A DNA stretch of 63,582 nt, filler included, from Octopus bimaculoides (GCF_001194135.2; 5 parts of 5 records of this genome joined end to end with filler, not necessarily neighbours in it), one strand, 5' to 3'; positions 11,778 through 25,520 are shown, counted from the first letter of the whole stretch. Translations and numbers: made by a program. Notes: generated by a model from the letters alone, not told the origin.

Positions 11778-12995
11778 AGGGAAAATCACAGAAGGTTCTC
11801 AACTTGCTTACAGGAAATGACTTTCAGGCCGGTTTCTAAATGTGGCAGGAATGCTGGGACTGGTATATTGCTGCGCAAGGTGACTATTTCAAAGGAGATG
11901 ATGTTGAAAATTAGGTAAATAAGTTATTTTTTTATTAAATTTAACTAATCCGGGAACATTGTGACACCACTTCGTTCTCTGTCATCTCCCTAAAAGAATT
12001 ATTTCATATTCTCTCAAAAATTAATAAATTCTAATGACATCAACTATATAATATGTATGTGTGTGTGTGTGCATGTACTTGTACGTGTCTGTCTGCCTAT
12101 ATGTTGATACTACTTGAGAAATGGTGTATGCATTTGTCCCATAACTCAAGTGCAGCAAACAGAAGCCATGGAGATGTGTATCAGATTTAAAAATAAATAT
12201 TAGGGTTTTGTGATTTACTAAACCCTTCATAGTAGTGTCCTAGGCTTTTGATCATGGGTACATTTGAACATGGCTGGCCTGGGGTTAAGCACCACCACTA
12301 CCACCACCACCACTGTAAAGTAAACATGAAAAATCACTGCACGAAATAAAAGTCAGATCATTAAACCAAGGTAAGCGGGCTTATATAATTTTTTCTTTTG
12401 TGTGTGTGTGTTTTTATTTTTTATTTAACCATGTGACTGGTTATGGTTTGGGCTGCAGAAACTCTATAACTGAATATGAGTAGTGACAGCTTAGTCCCAC
12501 TATCAGCTCTTGTTAAAAAAAAAAAAAAAAAAGAGACCGGCATTTTTAATAAAAGGGGAGTACTTAATGCTGTCGGAAAATGATGGCTATTATAATATTC
12601 CTCTGAAGTTATTTTCTTGGTAATTATAATTTCTGACATTTTCCATGATTTTTCTCTAATTTACATGAAATATTTGAAAGAAATTCTTTTAATAAATGTC
12701 ACAAAAGTTATAATTTAGAGAATTAAATCTATGAAAAGCTTTCATTAACTAATTACATTTCCCCACATAATTGATGGAAAGTCTATTAATTACTCATTTC
12801 ATTTAACTCGTCAGAGTGGAGATTAAATGTCACCTGTAATGATTTCATTTACAGGCATCTTGTTGGTTTATTATTATTATTATTACTAATGCAATTTAAT
12901 TTTGAATTTCTAGTAAATATTTTGGGATGAAACCAAAAGTCCCTGGCTTTATCAACATCATCAAGTTACATAAAGTGCTTTTTGATCAAATATAA

Positions 12996-13215
12996 CCCTT
13001 TAGCATTTAATCCGGCCATATCTGGCCCAAATATTCTACCTGTTTGATGTTAAAACTGACCAAATCCAATCTCTCACACCTGCCCTACAATGTCATTCTA
13101 AAAATATACAAACACACCGTTGAAATCTCAAAGCTACAAGATAATTCATGATTAATTCTAAACAATGTGAATAAATAAATATTACATTTGACAAAGAAAT
13201 CCGAATGCTAAAGGG
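12996..13215. mobile_element. piggyBac-type MITE (second family); partial copy at 19476-19624
   Basis: TIR ccctttagcatt / aatgctaaaggg, flanks ataa / ttag. The internal sequence recurs at 19476-19624. Confidence 0.75.
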
Positions 13216-13520
13216 TTAGGATTTTCGAGCGAGATCGTTGCCAGTGCCCCTGGACTGGCTCTTGTGCGGGTGGCACATAAAATACACCATTTTGAGCGTG
13301 GCCGTTGCCAGTACCGCCTGACTGGCCTTCGTGTGGGTGACACGTAAAAGCACCCACTACACTCACAGAGTGGTTGGCGTTAGGAAGGGCATCCAGCTGT
13401 AGAAACTCTGCCAAATCAGATTGGAGCCTGGTGCTGCCATCCGGTTTCACCAGTCCTCAGTCAAATCGTCCAACCCATGCTAGCATGGAAAGCAGACATT
13501 AAACGATGATGATGATGATA
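13216..13520 (+). mobile_element. Family C: 5'-truncated RTE 3' tail, sense
   Basis: gagtggttggcgttaggaagggcatccagc...gcatggaaagcagacattaaacg(atg)n. Confidence 0.85.
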
Positions 13521-14273
13521 CACACACACACACACACGTGATGNNNNNNNNNNNNNNNNNNNNNNNNNNNNNNNNNNNNNNNNNNNNNNNNNNNNNNNNN
13601 NNNNNNNNNNNNNNNNNNNNNNNNNNNNNNNNNNNNNNNNNNNNNNNNNNNNNNNNNNNNNNNNNNNNNNNNNNNNNNNNNNNNNNNNNNNNNNNNNNNN
13701 NNNNNNNNNNNNNNNNNNNNNNNNNNNNNNNNNNNNNNNNNNNNNNNNNNNNNNNNNNNNNNNNNNNNNNNNNNNNNNNNNNNNNNNNNNNNNNNNNNNN
13801 NNNNNNNNNNNNNNNNNNNNNNNNNNNNNNNNNNNNNNNNNNNNNNNNNNNNNNNNNNNNNNNNNNNNNNNNNNNNNNNNNNNNNNNNNNNNNNNNNNNN
13901 NNNNNNNNNNNNNNNNNNNNNNNNNNNNNNNNNNNNNNNNNNNNNNNNNNNNNNNNNNNNNNNNNNNNNNNNNNNNNNNNNNNNNNNNNNNNNNNNNNNN
14001 NNNNNNNNNNNNNNNNNNNNNNNNNNNNNNNNNNNNNNNNNNNNNNNNNNNNNNNNNNNNNNNNNNNNNNNNNNNNNNNNNNNNNNNNNNNNNNNNNNNN
14101 NNNNNNNNNNNNNNNNNNNNNNNNNNNNNNNNNNNNNNNNNNNNNNNNNNNNNNNNNNNNNNNNNNNNNNNNNNNNNNNNNNNNNNNNNNNNNNNNNNNN
14201 NNNNNNNNNNNNNNNNNNNNNNNNNNNNNNNNNNNNNTAAGCAAGCTACTTACCACACAGCCACTCCTTAGAT

Positions 14274-14315
<42 letters not shown>

Positions 14316-14498
14316 TCTTTTACTTGTTTCAGTCATTTGACTGTGGCCATGCTGGAGCACCGCCTTTATATATATATAATGAACAAATAAATATTGCAAA
14401 TTGTTGTTTTATGGCTTTTGTAGTTATGTGGTGATGAAGGCATGACTTTCAGATAAATAATTACTAATTAAAAAAAGAAGCAAAAAAAAGAATCGTCA

Positions 14499-14867
14499 AG
14501 CAGGCATGGATGTGTGGTAAGAAGCTTGCATCCCAACCACATGGTTAAGGGATCAGTCCCACTGCGTGGTAGCTTGGAAAAGTGTCTTCTATAGCCTAAG
14601 GCCAACCAAAGCCTTATGAGTAGATTTAGTACATGGAAACTGAAAGGAGCCTGATATACATATATGTGTGTGTCCTCTACCACCATTTGACAACTGGTGT
14701 TAGTCTGTTTACATTCATGTAACTTATTGTTTTGGCAAAAGTGACAGATAGAATAAGTATGAGGCTTTAAAAAAAAGTGTTGGGGGCTGATTCATTCAAC
14801 TAAAAGTTCTTCAAAGCAGTACTCCAGTATGGCTACAGTCAAATGCCTGAAACAAGTAAAAGTAAAG
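14499..14867 (+). mobile_element. Family A SINE, diverged full length
   Basis: Head, core and tail all recognisable. Confidence 0.85.
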
Positions 14868-15048
14868 CATTTAGGACTCTAAGAAAATTACATTTTCAAA
14901 ATAAGTAAAACAATTCGTTATGTTTTTTGCCAGTTTCAAACATTGGACAGTGGCTATGCTGGAGCAATGCTTTGAGGAAATTTGTTGCAAAAAATTGGCT
15001 CCAATTCTTATATTTTAAGTCTGGTACTTATTCTATCAGTCTCACTTG

Positions 15049-15901
15049 CCAAACTGCTAAGTCACTGGGATGTAAACAAACCTATACTAGTCAAATTGTG
15101 GCGGTGAACAAACACAAATACCTACATACTTGACACACTTCCATACAGTTTCCTATTTCTTTATTGCCCACAAGGGGCTAGACATAGAGGGGACAAACAA
15201 AGACAGACAAAGGGGTTAAGTCGATTACATCAACCCCAGTGCGTAACTGGTACTTACTTTATCGACACCGAAAGGATGAAAGGCAAAGTCGACCTCGGCA
15301 GAATTTGAACTCAGAACGTAGCGGCAGACGAAATACCGCTAGACATTTCGCCCGGCGTGCTAACATTTCTGCCAGCTCACCGCCTTCCACACAGTTTCCA
15401 CCTACCAAATTCACTCACAAGGTGTCGTTNNNNNNNNNNNNNNNNNNNNNNNNNNNNNNNNNNNNNNNNNNNNNNNNNNNNNNNNNNNNNNNNNNNNNNN
15501 NNNNNNNNNNNNNNNNNNNNCCAAACTGCTAAGTCACTGGGATGTAAACAAACCTATACTAGTCAAATTGTGGCGGTGAACAAACACAAATACCTACATA
15601 CTTGACACACTTCCATACAGTTTCCTATTTCTTTATTGCCCACAAGGGGCTAGACATAGAGGGGACAAACAAAGACAGACAAAGGGGTTAAGTCGATTAC
15701 ATCAACCCCAGTGCGTAACTGGTACTTACTTTATCGACACCGAAAGGATGAAAGGCAAAGTCGACCTCGGCAGAATTTGAACTCAGAACGTAGCGGCAGA
15801 CGAAATACCGCTAGACATTTCGCCCGGCGTGCTAACATTTCTGCCAGCTCACCGCCTTCCACACAGTTTCCACCTACCAAATTCACTCACAAGGTGTCGT
15901 T
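15049..15901. other. Apparently exact 381-bp direct duplication either side of an N gap, probable assembly artefact
   Basis: 15049-15429 reads identical to 15521-15901, with the gap between the copies. Confidence 0.8.
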
Positions 15902-16227
15902 CAGATTGGTGCCGTAGTAGAAAGACACTTGCCCAAGATGGCATGCAGTGGAACTGCATCCAAAACCACTTGATTACAAAGTAAGTTTATTCACCTTACA
16001 GCCATTGCTAATTACTCTTAATTTTAATGTCTCCCATTTAAATCTGTGTAATGAAAATGTGAATTCCAATGACACATCTATATACACAAACACGTGTATT
16101 TAAATATTTAATGAACATTGAGCCATTAACTAATATACAGTGGTTCTGAGCCAACACCAGTAACAGGAAAATGGAGTTTAAGAGAGAATTAAAGAAAGAT
16201 TTTGAAGAGGTTACAGATGTGGTCCTG

Positions 16228-16490
16228 CTGAAGGAATGTGACCTAGTGGTTTGGGTGTTATAATCATGATCATTAGATTGTGGTTTCAATTCCCCGACCA
16301 GACAGTGAATTGTGTTCTTGAGCAAGATACTTCATTTCCCATTGCTCCAGTTCAGTCAGCTGTAAATGAGTAACCATGCAATGGACCAACATCACATCCA
16401 GGGAAAATATTGTGATCTTGGTCACGTACATGCCATGGGAACTGGTTAACTGACCCTACTAGTCAGTCCTAGGACTCAAGTCAGATACAC
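16228..16490 (+). mobile_element. Older family D-related SINE (others: 10915-11045 -, 23355-23660 +, 25785-26160 +, 40070-40290 +, 61880-61975 -)
   Basis: tRNA-like head, ccttgagcaagacact core and, in several copies, the ctgtggagtgctcagcc tail segment shared with family D. Confidence 0.7.
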
Positions 16491-16536
16491 ACACAGATGT
16501 AGGGTCTTCATTGACTACAAGACTGTGCCATAAGAT

Positions 16537-16950
16537 CATCATCATCATCGTTTAACGTCCGCTTTCCATGCTAGCATGGCTTGGACGATTTGACTGAGGA
16601 ATGGTGAAACCAGATGGCTGCACCAGGCTCCAATCTGATTTGGCAGAGTTTCTACAGCTGGATGCCCTTCGTAACGCCAACCACTCTATGAGTGTAGTGG
16701 GTGCTTTTACATGCCACCGGCACGAAGGCCAGTCAAGCGGTACTGGCAACGGTCATGCTCAAAATGGTGTATTTTACGTGCCACCTGCACAGGAGCCAGT
16801 CCAGTGGCACTGGCAACGATCTCGCTTGAATGTCTTTACACATGCCACCGGCACAAGTGCCAGGAAGGCGACGCTGGGCACAGGTGCCATCACGATTTCG
16901 CTTTTGCTCACCCCAACAGGTCTTCGCAAGCCGAGTTACAAATGGTAATT
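16537..16950 (-). mobile_element. Family C long copy with three ~60-bp internal repeat units; others at 6085-6245, 7150-7400, 17230-17345, 18530-18890, 19625-19801, 24475-24645, 26908-27180, 29550-29772, 30965-31180, 37560-37835 (all -), 28030-28290 and 36930-37110 (+)
   Basis: catcatcgtttaacgtccgctttccatgctagc start on the + strand; ttttacgtgccacc.gcac..ccagtc..ctggcaacg repeated. Confidence 0.85.
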
Positions 16951-17096
16951 CATATTCAAGAGTAAAATACTCCTACAGAGTCACAAATTTGACAATTTAG
17001 TTTTAATTTAACCATTACATTGATGACCTAAATATAACAGGCACAATGGTTGAGAAGTAAAAGGTACATAACAGGTGACCATAGCCTTATTAATAG

Positions 17097-17185
17097 TTGT
17101 ACTTGTATGAACATTTACCTTGCAATGCTGAACCTGCTCTGCCAGAAAATCCGTATTTCCAACAGTTGTCAGCAACTGTCATCAG
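17097..17185 (+). CDS. Weak candidate exon (LYLYEHLPCNAEPALPENPYFQQLSATVI)
   Basis: ccttattaatAG, 29 open codons, cag|GTcaga. Both sites are mediocre, and a minus-strand exon reading of the same DNA is also possible. Confidence 0.2.
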
Positions 17186-19177
17186 GTCAGAGCCAGTTTA
17201 ACCCTTGATAGCAACCTGCCTGAGGCCATCCTTATCATAACATCCGTTTTTCATGCTGGCATGGGTTGGACAGTTTGACATGCAGCTGGCCGGACTCCAA
17301 TTCATGTTGTGGCATGAATTCTATGGCTGGATGCTGTCCCAAACACCAGTTTAATATCGATTTCAAATTTTGGCACAATGCCAGCAATTTCGGGGGAGGG
17401 GCCAAGTCAATTATATCGACTCCAGAGCTCTACTGGTACTTATTTTATTGATCCCGAAAGGATGAAATGCAAAGTCGACCTTGGAGGAATTTGAACTCAG
17501 AACCATAAGATAGATGAAACGCCACAAAGTATTTTGCCCTAGGTGCCAACAATTCTGCCAGCTCAACGCCTTAAACACTAGTCTAATATTGATGGTTATT
17601 TCACTATATTCTTCATTATTTTCAAAATCAAAGTGTATTTCAAAAGAAATTTGGTAAGGGAACCACTTTCTATTATTTGCAAGGAAAATAAGAACCATGA
17701 ACCAATGAGGAAGCCACTACATGGTCCTTTGACATGCAAAAAATAGCAGTCAAATCTCCATTAAACTGCACCCTACCATCTCAAAAAAGGAGCAACNNNN
17801 NNNNNNNNNNNNNNNNNNNNNNNNNNNNNNNNNNNNNNNNNNNNNNNNNNNNNNNNNNNNNNNNNNNNNNNNNNNNNNNNNNNNNNNNNNNNNNNNNNNN
17901 NNNNNNNNNNNNNNNNNNNNNNNNNNNNNNNNNNNNNNNNNNNNNNNNNNNNNNNNNNNNNNNNNNNNNNNNNNNNNNNNNNNNNNNNNNNNNNNNNNNN
18001 NNNNNNNNNNNNNNNNNNNNNNNNNNNNNNNNNNNNNNNNNNNNNNNNNNNNNNNNNNNNNNNNNNNNNNNNNNNNNNNNNNNNNNNNNNNNNNNNNNNN
18101 NNNNNNNNNNNNNNNNNNNNNNNNNNNNNNNNNNNNNNNNNNNNNNNNNNNNNNNNNNNNNNNNNNNNNNNNNNNNNNNNNNNNNNNNNNNNNNNNNNNN
18201 NNNNNNNNNNNNNNNNNNNNNNNNNNNNNNNNNNNNNNNNNNNNNNNNNNNNNNNNNNNNNNNNNNNNNNNNNNNNNNNNNNNNNNNNNNNNNNNNNNNN
18301 NNNNNNNNNNNNNNNNNNNNNNNNNNNNNNNNNNNNNNNNNNNNNNNNNNNNNNNNNNNNNNNNNNNNNNNNNNNNNNNNNNNNNNNNNNNNNNNNNNNN
18401 NNNNNNNNNNNNNNNAAAAACCAGAGTCTGTAATATCATCGTCGCTACCATTTCCAGTCATTCTCCTGTGTTGGCACAAGTTGGACTTGTAATTTCCAGT
18501 ACATTCTCTCACCACTGGTTACAGTCCTTCATCATCACCATCATCAACATTTAATGTCCATTTTCCATGCTGGCATGGGTTGGACAGCCTGGCAGGGGCC
18601 ACACCAGCTGCCATAATCTGCTTTGGCTTGGTTTCTATGGCTGGATGCCCTTCCTAATGCCAATCACTTTACAAATTGTACTGGGTGCCTTTTATGTGGC
18701 ACCAGCATCAGTGCCTTTTACGAGGCACCAGCACCAATATCAGTGTTCTTTATGGGGCACCTTGGCTTTAAGATCTCAATTCTGGTGTGGTGGGCGAGTC
18801 TTCTTGAGTACAGCAATGCACTACATATTTCAGTCTTCTGTCATCTCCTTTGTAAAGCTTAGCGTTTTGAGATCAACCATTAATGTTTAATTTTTAGGGA
18901 TTTTTTTTTTTTAATGGCTGAATGCTCTTCCTGTTGCCCACTACTTTACGGCCTAGACAGGGGCCATTTATTATGCCACCAGCTCAACAATTTGATCTCA
19001 GAGGTATAAGCATGAAAATAAAATAAGTAGTGAACACTCAATGCTCCATTACAACCATTTTCCTGTACTGACACAGGCTGGAGGAGTCCTTTCTAGTACA
19101 GCGTCATGACAACTGTCAAAGTCCATCATTATCTGATACAACAGAGAAAACCATTTGTCTTTGAGTAGAATCTACAG

Positions 19178-19246
19178 GCTAAATACAAGTGGTTGAAGCC
19201 AATTCCACTGTTCCTTTTCACTAAAGCTACTAGTGGTAATAACTTG
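19178..19246 (+). CDS. Weak candidate exon, phase 0-0 (AKYKWLKPIPLFLFTKATSGNNL)
   Basis: aatctacAG acceptor (poor pyrimidine tract) and good donor ttg|GTATGT. Phase is compatible with the exon at 28785. Confidence 0.25.
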
Positions 19247-19845
19247 GTATGTTTCACAAAGCTTACAGCGGCTGAGGGCATATTTTTAAACGCAAGCCAA
19301 TAAGGGTGCCTCTATGTCAGTGGTGGTGATCCCTTTTTTGAGCTAAAGTGCTAAAACATAACAGTGTATGTGTACAGGGGATGAGTGGACCAGCACTGAG
19401 AAAGTCGAATTTTTAATACATGTGGATTTTCAGAAACTTCTCCAATGGACAGTATCAAATTTCAGCATGGGTCAACCCTTAGGCATTTAAACTGTCCATA
19501 TCTAGCTCAAATATTCTACCGGTTTTATGTTCAAATTAGCTAGATCTGGCCTCTCACACCTACTCCACAATGTCATTCTAAAGATAAGCAATCACATCAT
19601 CGAAATCTCCAAACTTCAAGATAATCATCATCATCGTTTAACGTCTGCTTTCCATGCTAGCATGGGTTGGATGATTTGACTGAGGACTGGTGAAACCAGA
19701 TGGCAACACCAGGCTTCAATCTAATTTGGCAGAGTTTCTACAGCTGGATGCCCTTCCTAACGCCAACCACTCAGAGAGTGTAGTGGGTGCTTTTACATGT
19801 CNNNNNNNNNNNNNNNNNNNNNNNNNNNNNNNNNNNNNNNNNNNN

Positions 19846-19857
19846 TTAATTAATTAA
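19846..19857. other. TTAATTAATTAA spacer inside an N gap (also 43117-43128, 51871-51882, 62301-62312), assembly linker
   Basis: Identical 12-mer centred in N runs four times; it puts a stop codon in all six frames. Confidence 0.9.
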
Positions 19858-19914
19858 NNNNNNNNNNNNNNNNNNNNNNNNNNNNNNNNNNNNNNNNNNN
19901 NATATATATATATT

Positions 19915-19952
<38 letters not shown>

Positions 19953-20370
19953 TTGTTGAGGGTAAAGTCCAGGATTTGTTAATTCAATGCCTGAATAGTG
20001 GCAGGATGGATCAGATGAGGGAATTACCAATGAGAGATCATGAAGTGATAAGAACTTAAAAGTGGGGACTTAAGGATTATAGTATTTAAAGGTTTTAATC
20101 AGTTTATGTATACGTGTGTGTATATATTTGTGTGTATGTTTTTGTCTCCCCACCGCCTCATTGATATCATTTGACAACCAATGCTGATGTATTTATGTCC
20201 CCATAACTTAGCAGTTTAGCAAAAATAGACTGATAGAATAAGTACTAGGCTTACAAAGAATAAGTCCTGGGGTTGATTTCTTCAACTACAGAAACCTTTT
20301 AAGGTGGTGCCCCAGCATCGCTGCAGTCAAATGATTGAAACAAGTAAAAGAATAGGAGAATAAAAGAATA

Positions 20371-20824
20371 CCATATCTGATGGCATAAAAGACACAATAA
20401 AAGAATACCATATCTGATGGCATAAAAGACACACAGGCATATTTGATGCATCCCAATTTTGGCAGCACATGTTCAAGAAAAAGAAAAAAAAAAAACGGTT
20501 TTAGGGCATTAAAGCTTATGAAAGACTCAACTTTGTATATAGGATCCAGGGTAATGTTTTGAGACATATTTGTTAGGGTTGGGTGGGTAAATGTGTATCT
20601 TGTATACCATAAAATATGGTATATACGTATGTATGTATACATGATATTTGATGGCATAAAAGATGCATGAGTATATTAGGTACATTCCTATTTTAGCAGC
20701 ACATATTCAGAGACATAAAATTTTTAAACTTATGAGAGGACCAACTTTGCATATAGTACCCAGTGTGAATTTTTTGCGACTCGTTTTGGGGATAAAAGCA
20801 TGTCTTATATGCTATCGAATACGG
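20371..20824. mobile_element. CpG-decayed Tigger/pogo-like MITE with duplicated left terminus
   Basis: TA-ccatatctgatggcataaaagacac ... gcatgtcttatatgctatcgaatacgg inverted ends, an internal ~130-bp subterminal repeat (20641-20770), and a 37-bp tandem duplication of the left end. Confidence 0.6.
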
Positions 20825-22141
20825 TTGTTAATTAATAGTGTTAAATTGATGAATCAGAATCTGTTATGTAAAACAGAGCCAAGTGAAACAAAAGTATCCA
20901 AAAATGTATGAAATGATTCATTCCAAAGAGGGAAGGAGACACAGCCATTGGTGGGGTGGGGTGGGGTGGGANNNNNNNNNNNNNNNNNNNNNNNNNNNNN
21001 NNNNNNNNNNNNNNNNNNNNNNNNNNNNNNNNNNNNNNNNNNNNNNNNNNNNNNNNNNNNNNNNNNNNNNNNNNNNNNNNNNNNNNNNNNNNNNNNNNNN
21101 NNNNNNNNNNNNNNNNNNNNNNNNNNNNNNNNNNNNNNNNNNNNNNNNNNNNNNNNNNNNNNNNNNNNNNNNNNNNNNNNNNNNNNNNNNNNNNNNNNNN
21201 NNNNNNNNNNNNNNTGTTCTGCCTATAGGATCATGTTGAAAAAAAAAAAAAAAAAACCTATTCACCCGAACTATTCTCACCTTTCACTCACCCTCCATCA
21301 AGTTCGCCCTTACCTTCCTCCCCAAGTGGAACTTAAAGAAGTTGAGCACTAATGATGATGATGATGATGATGATAATAATAATAATGTTGATGGTAGTGA
21401 TGACGATGGTGATGGTGATGATGAAATATTTTATATTTGCTGATGTAAATGTTCTGATTATTAACGAACCTCTCAACCATAACCATGTTAATTACATTTC
21501 TCAACGGAGAATTCCAGTTCTTTCCTCTGTTGAATAGCAAAATTATATTCTTTAGTCTCAATAGCAACTATTACAGCAATGGATGAATTAGCTTTGCCTC
21601 CACAGACCCTACCCTACATCTCTCCCTCTTTCTCTTTCTCTCTTTTGTCTTTAATCTTTTTTCCTTTCTTTTCTTCTTCTTGTCTTTCTCTTCAATGAAC
21701 TATCAATGTCGTAAGAGGAGAGTGAGGAGTGAATGTGTGGTGGAGGGTGAGACGGAGGGAGACTGATGATGTGAGAGAGAGCATGTCTGTGACTAAAGAG
21801 AGCATGACGATAAAAGAAGCAGAGAGGGTGTCTGTAAAAGAAAAGGAATAAGAGAGAAAGAGAGAGAGAGTGAGTGGGAGACAATGTGTGGGGGTGGAGA
21901 GTAAGAGTCAGACAGACACGCAGAGAGACTGACAGTGAGAGAGAGAGAGAGCATGTCTGTTGCTAGAGGAAAAAGCAGAGAGTGTGTCTATAAGAGAAAA
22001 GGGATTAAGAAAGAGAGAGAGAGAGAGAGAGATACAATGTGTGGGGGTGGAGAAAGAGAGAGAGAAAGAGACAGAAAAAGTGAGAAACAGACAGACTGAT
22101 AGAGAGTGTGTCTGTAAGTGAGAGAGCAAAGAAGTGCAAGT

Positions 22142-22176
<35 letters not shown>

Positions 22177-22345
22177 AGAGTTCTGCCTGTGCTGAACGCT
22201 AAGTGAAGCTTGCTACATGTCAGCTTCAGCATCTCATATCTGCATGAAGCACTGCATTAAAGAAGATAGCAACAATGACAACAACGAGGGAGCCTTTATG
22301 TAGCTGCTTGGTTTACTAGAAATAGAAGCCAAATCCCCCATAACT

Positions 22346-22377
<32 letters not shown>

Positions 22378-22604
22378 CACACACACACATCATAATGTTT
22401 TTGAAATAAAAGGAAAAGTTGAATTCGGTGCAGGCATAGCTGTGAGGTTACAAAGCTAGCTTTGCAGGCATACAGTATTAAGTTCAGTCCCACTGTACAG
22501 TACCTCGGGCAAGTACTTTCTACTATAGCCCTGGGCCAACAAATTCCTTGTGAGTGAATTTGATGGGTGGAAATTATATGGAAACCTCCTATTGAGTGTG
22601 TGTA

Positions 22605-22643
<39 letters not shown>

Positions 22644-23305
22644 GATAATAATATTAGGGGTGAAAATACAAATTTACAGGGAAAAATTCAATTTAATCTA
22701 TCAAAATTAAAATAAAATTAAATTTCACAATATATATAATATATAAATATATAATTTAGAGAAAAAAACAACAATTATTGAATTCATCCATGAAAATCCA
22801 CAATCACATCGACAAATTAATAAGTAAACACACTAAAAAGACCTATATATACATATATAACATATATATATATATATATATATATANNNNNNNNNNNNNN
22901 NNNNNNNNNNNNNNNNNNNNNNNNNNNNNNNNNNNNNNNNNNNNNNNNNNNNNNNNNNNNNNNNNNNNNNNNNNNNNNNNNNNNNNNNNNNNNNNNNNNN
23001 NNNNNNNNNNNNNNNNNNNNNNNNNNNNNNNNNNNNNNNNNNNNNNNNNNNNNNNNNNNNNNNNNNNNNNNNNNNNNNNNNNNNNNNNNNNNNNNNNNNN
23101 NNNNNNNNNNNNNNNNNNNNNNNNNNNNNNNNNNNNNNNNGCATGCACGCACGCACGCACGCACACACGTGTGTGTGTGTATGTATATATTTATATATAT
23201 ATATATATAAATATAAACGACAGGCTTCGATCAGTTTCCGTCTACCAAATCCATTTACAAGGCTTTGGCTGGCCTGAGGCTATAGTAGGAGACACTTGCC
23301 CAAGG

Positions 23306-23347
<42 letters not shown>

Positions 23348-24659
23348 ATGTGTTGCGTGAAGGCATGTGGCTTAGTGGTTAGGGGCAGTCAGCTCACAAT
23401 TGTAAGGTTGTGAGTTTGATTCCCAGCGGTGCATTGTACCCTTGAGCAAGGCACTTTATTTCATATTGCTCCCGTGCACTCAGCTGGCAAAAATGAGTTG
23501 TACCTGTAATTCAAAGGGCCCAGCCTTGTTACATTTTGTGACTGAGTCTCCCTGAGCACTACATGAAAGGTTCACATGTCTGTGGAGTACTCCACCATTT
23601 ACACATTAATTTCATTAGCAGGCTCTTCTGTTGATTGGATTAGCTGGAGCTCTCATTATCATAATCAACAGAGTGCCAGTGTATGTGTGTGTGTGTGTTT
23701 GTGTTTATCTTCCGACAACCAGTGTTGGTTTGTTTACATTCCCATAACTTAGCAGTTTGGCAAAAGAGACTGATAGTGTAAGTTATAGGCTTAAAAGAAT
23801 AAATACTTTGGTTGATTTGTTCGACACCCTTCAAGGTGGTGCCCCAGCATTGCCACAGTCCAGTGACTAAAACGAGTAACAGATAAGATACATTGACTAA
23901 TGTGACTGTCCTAATTATGCTGTTTGTAAAAACAAGATGTGGCGGCCATGGCTGGATTGTCTTTGATCATATTTTTGCTCAGTCACGGTTGATCTCGACC
24001 TAAACAACAAAATGAAAGAGATTTAGACGTTATTGCAAAATATTAATTTGTGTGTGGGTGAGAAATAAGCTGAAAATATTAATTTGTGTGTGGGTGGGAA
24101 ATAACCTCATTTAATTTTTTTTTTTTCCCAACAACAACATTAAAAAGAACAACAGCACCACCTTATAAATAAATGGTTTATGGTTGCTTGCATGTTTCCA
24201 TAACAACTACTAATTATTTGTAACATTATGTGAGAGTACCGACAACAAATCTCAATGAATTATGTCTATGACGAACAAAGTAATCTTATTTATTTTTATT
24301 TTTTATTTTCTATTTTCTATCATTTTTTTTTTGGCCTTTTCTTTCAATCCTTTGCTTTTGTTTTAGCTTGGCTTGCCTTGTTGTTATTGTTGCTGTTGTT
24401 GTTTAATTGTAGGTCAGTTCTGATCAAGCAGACCTATAATTAAAAGCCTTCCAATTGTGACCGTCTCGTATATATCATCATCATCGTCGTTTTAACATCC
24501 GTTTTCCATGCTGGCATGGGTTGGACGGTTTGACTGAGGACTGGCAAGCTAGTAGGCTGCACCAGACTCCAGTCTAATCTGGCAAACTTTCATCAGCTGG
24601 ATGCCCTTCCTAATGCCAACCACTCCGAGAGTGTAGTGGGTGTTTAATGAAGTCAGGGG

Positions 24660-25055
24660 AGGTCTAGGAAGAGAAGAAAAAAATGTTCATTTAAGCCTGT
24701 TGGTGACATGGTGCCAAGTTTAGATATGAAACCTTTTTCCCCTCTGTTTCCTTGAGAATATGGTGTGTGGTGATATACAATGATAAGTGAGTAATGAAAT
24801 GGGATGTAGTATTGTAGTGGGCTTACATTGTAGTATGTTTTGAATATGTTCCTGAAAATGATCGGTAAGACAATGGCCTGTTTCATTAATGTAAAGTACA
24901 TTTTTTGCATAGGATGCAATATATAAGGTGAGACAATGTGTAAAGGAAGTTCTGAGTAACTTGAAGTTGTGTTCTTAGCCCCAGTGGTGATATTAGGGCC
25001 CAGGTGTTGCCTCATCAGGAGCACATTTGAAAGGGCCTGGTTGTGTGGGACAGAC
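24660..25055 (-). mobile_element. Penelope-like element relic, GIY-YIG endonuclease region
   Basis: Frameshifted minus-strand translation: SHLIYCILCKKC/LYINETGHCLTDHFQEHIQNIL...EKGFISKLGTMSPTGLNE. Confidence 0.75.
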
Positions 25056-25114
25056 ATTCTTTTTATTCTTTTTCATCAATCTAATCTAATTTAACCATTA
25101 TCTTATTTTTTATC

Positions 25115-25299
25115 TTTTACTTGTTTTGGTCATTTTGCCCCTTGCTGGGGCACTGCCTTGAAGAATTCTAGTCACATAAGCCAACCCCAATACTTTTTTT
25201 TTTTAAGGCTGGTACTTATTATATCGGGCTTTTTTGCCTGAACTGCTAAGTTACAAGGACATAAATACACCAACACTGTTTTTCAAGTGGTGGTGAGAG

Positions 25300-25354
<55 letters not shown>

Positions 25355-25520
25355 GTTAGCTTCCACACAGTTTCCATCTACCAAGTCCACTCACAAGGAT
25401 TTTGTTGGCCTGAGGCTATAGAAGAAGTTACTTGCTCAAAGTGCCATGTAGTGGGATTGAACCTGGAACCATGTTTTTGTAAAGCAAACTTCTTACCACA
25501 CAGCAATGCCAGAACCTATC
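25115..25520 (-). mobile_element. Family A SINE; further partial copies at about 3560-3715, 9365-9545, 20110-20350, 22430-22600, 23215-23310, 23690-23890, 27900-28020, 28435-28630, 34150-34375, 38935-39100, 39850-40065, 40920-41240, 42315-42470, 51508-51630, 58120-58280
   Basis: Recurrent segments gtggatttggtagacggaaactgaaagaagccc and gatagaataagtactaggctt on either strand. Confidence 0.8.

Noticed and set aside
13480-14275. Long track ORFs of 190-370 aa here and at 17.7, 31.8, 33.3, 35.0, 44.1, 46.4 and 50.1 kb
   Set aside because: They are runs of X through N gaps.
15049-15901. Apparent young tandem duplication
   Set aside because: Copies read identical and are separated by a gap, typical of an unmerged contig overlap. 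Same at 5103-5203.
16690-16860. Repeated ~60-bp units resembling a repeat-spacer array
   Set aside because: Internal minisatellite of the RTE 3' UTR in eukaryotic DNA; no unique spacers or cas genes, so not CRISPR.
19846-19857. Perfect palindrome TTAATTAATTAA recurring four times
   Set aside because: Always isolated inside N runs; an assembly spacer, not biology.
21303-21338. 18-nt minus-strand micro-exon candidate with good sites
   Set aside because: No partner exons; too short to distinguish from chance.
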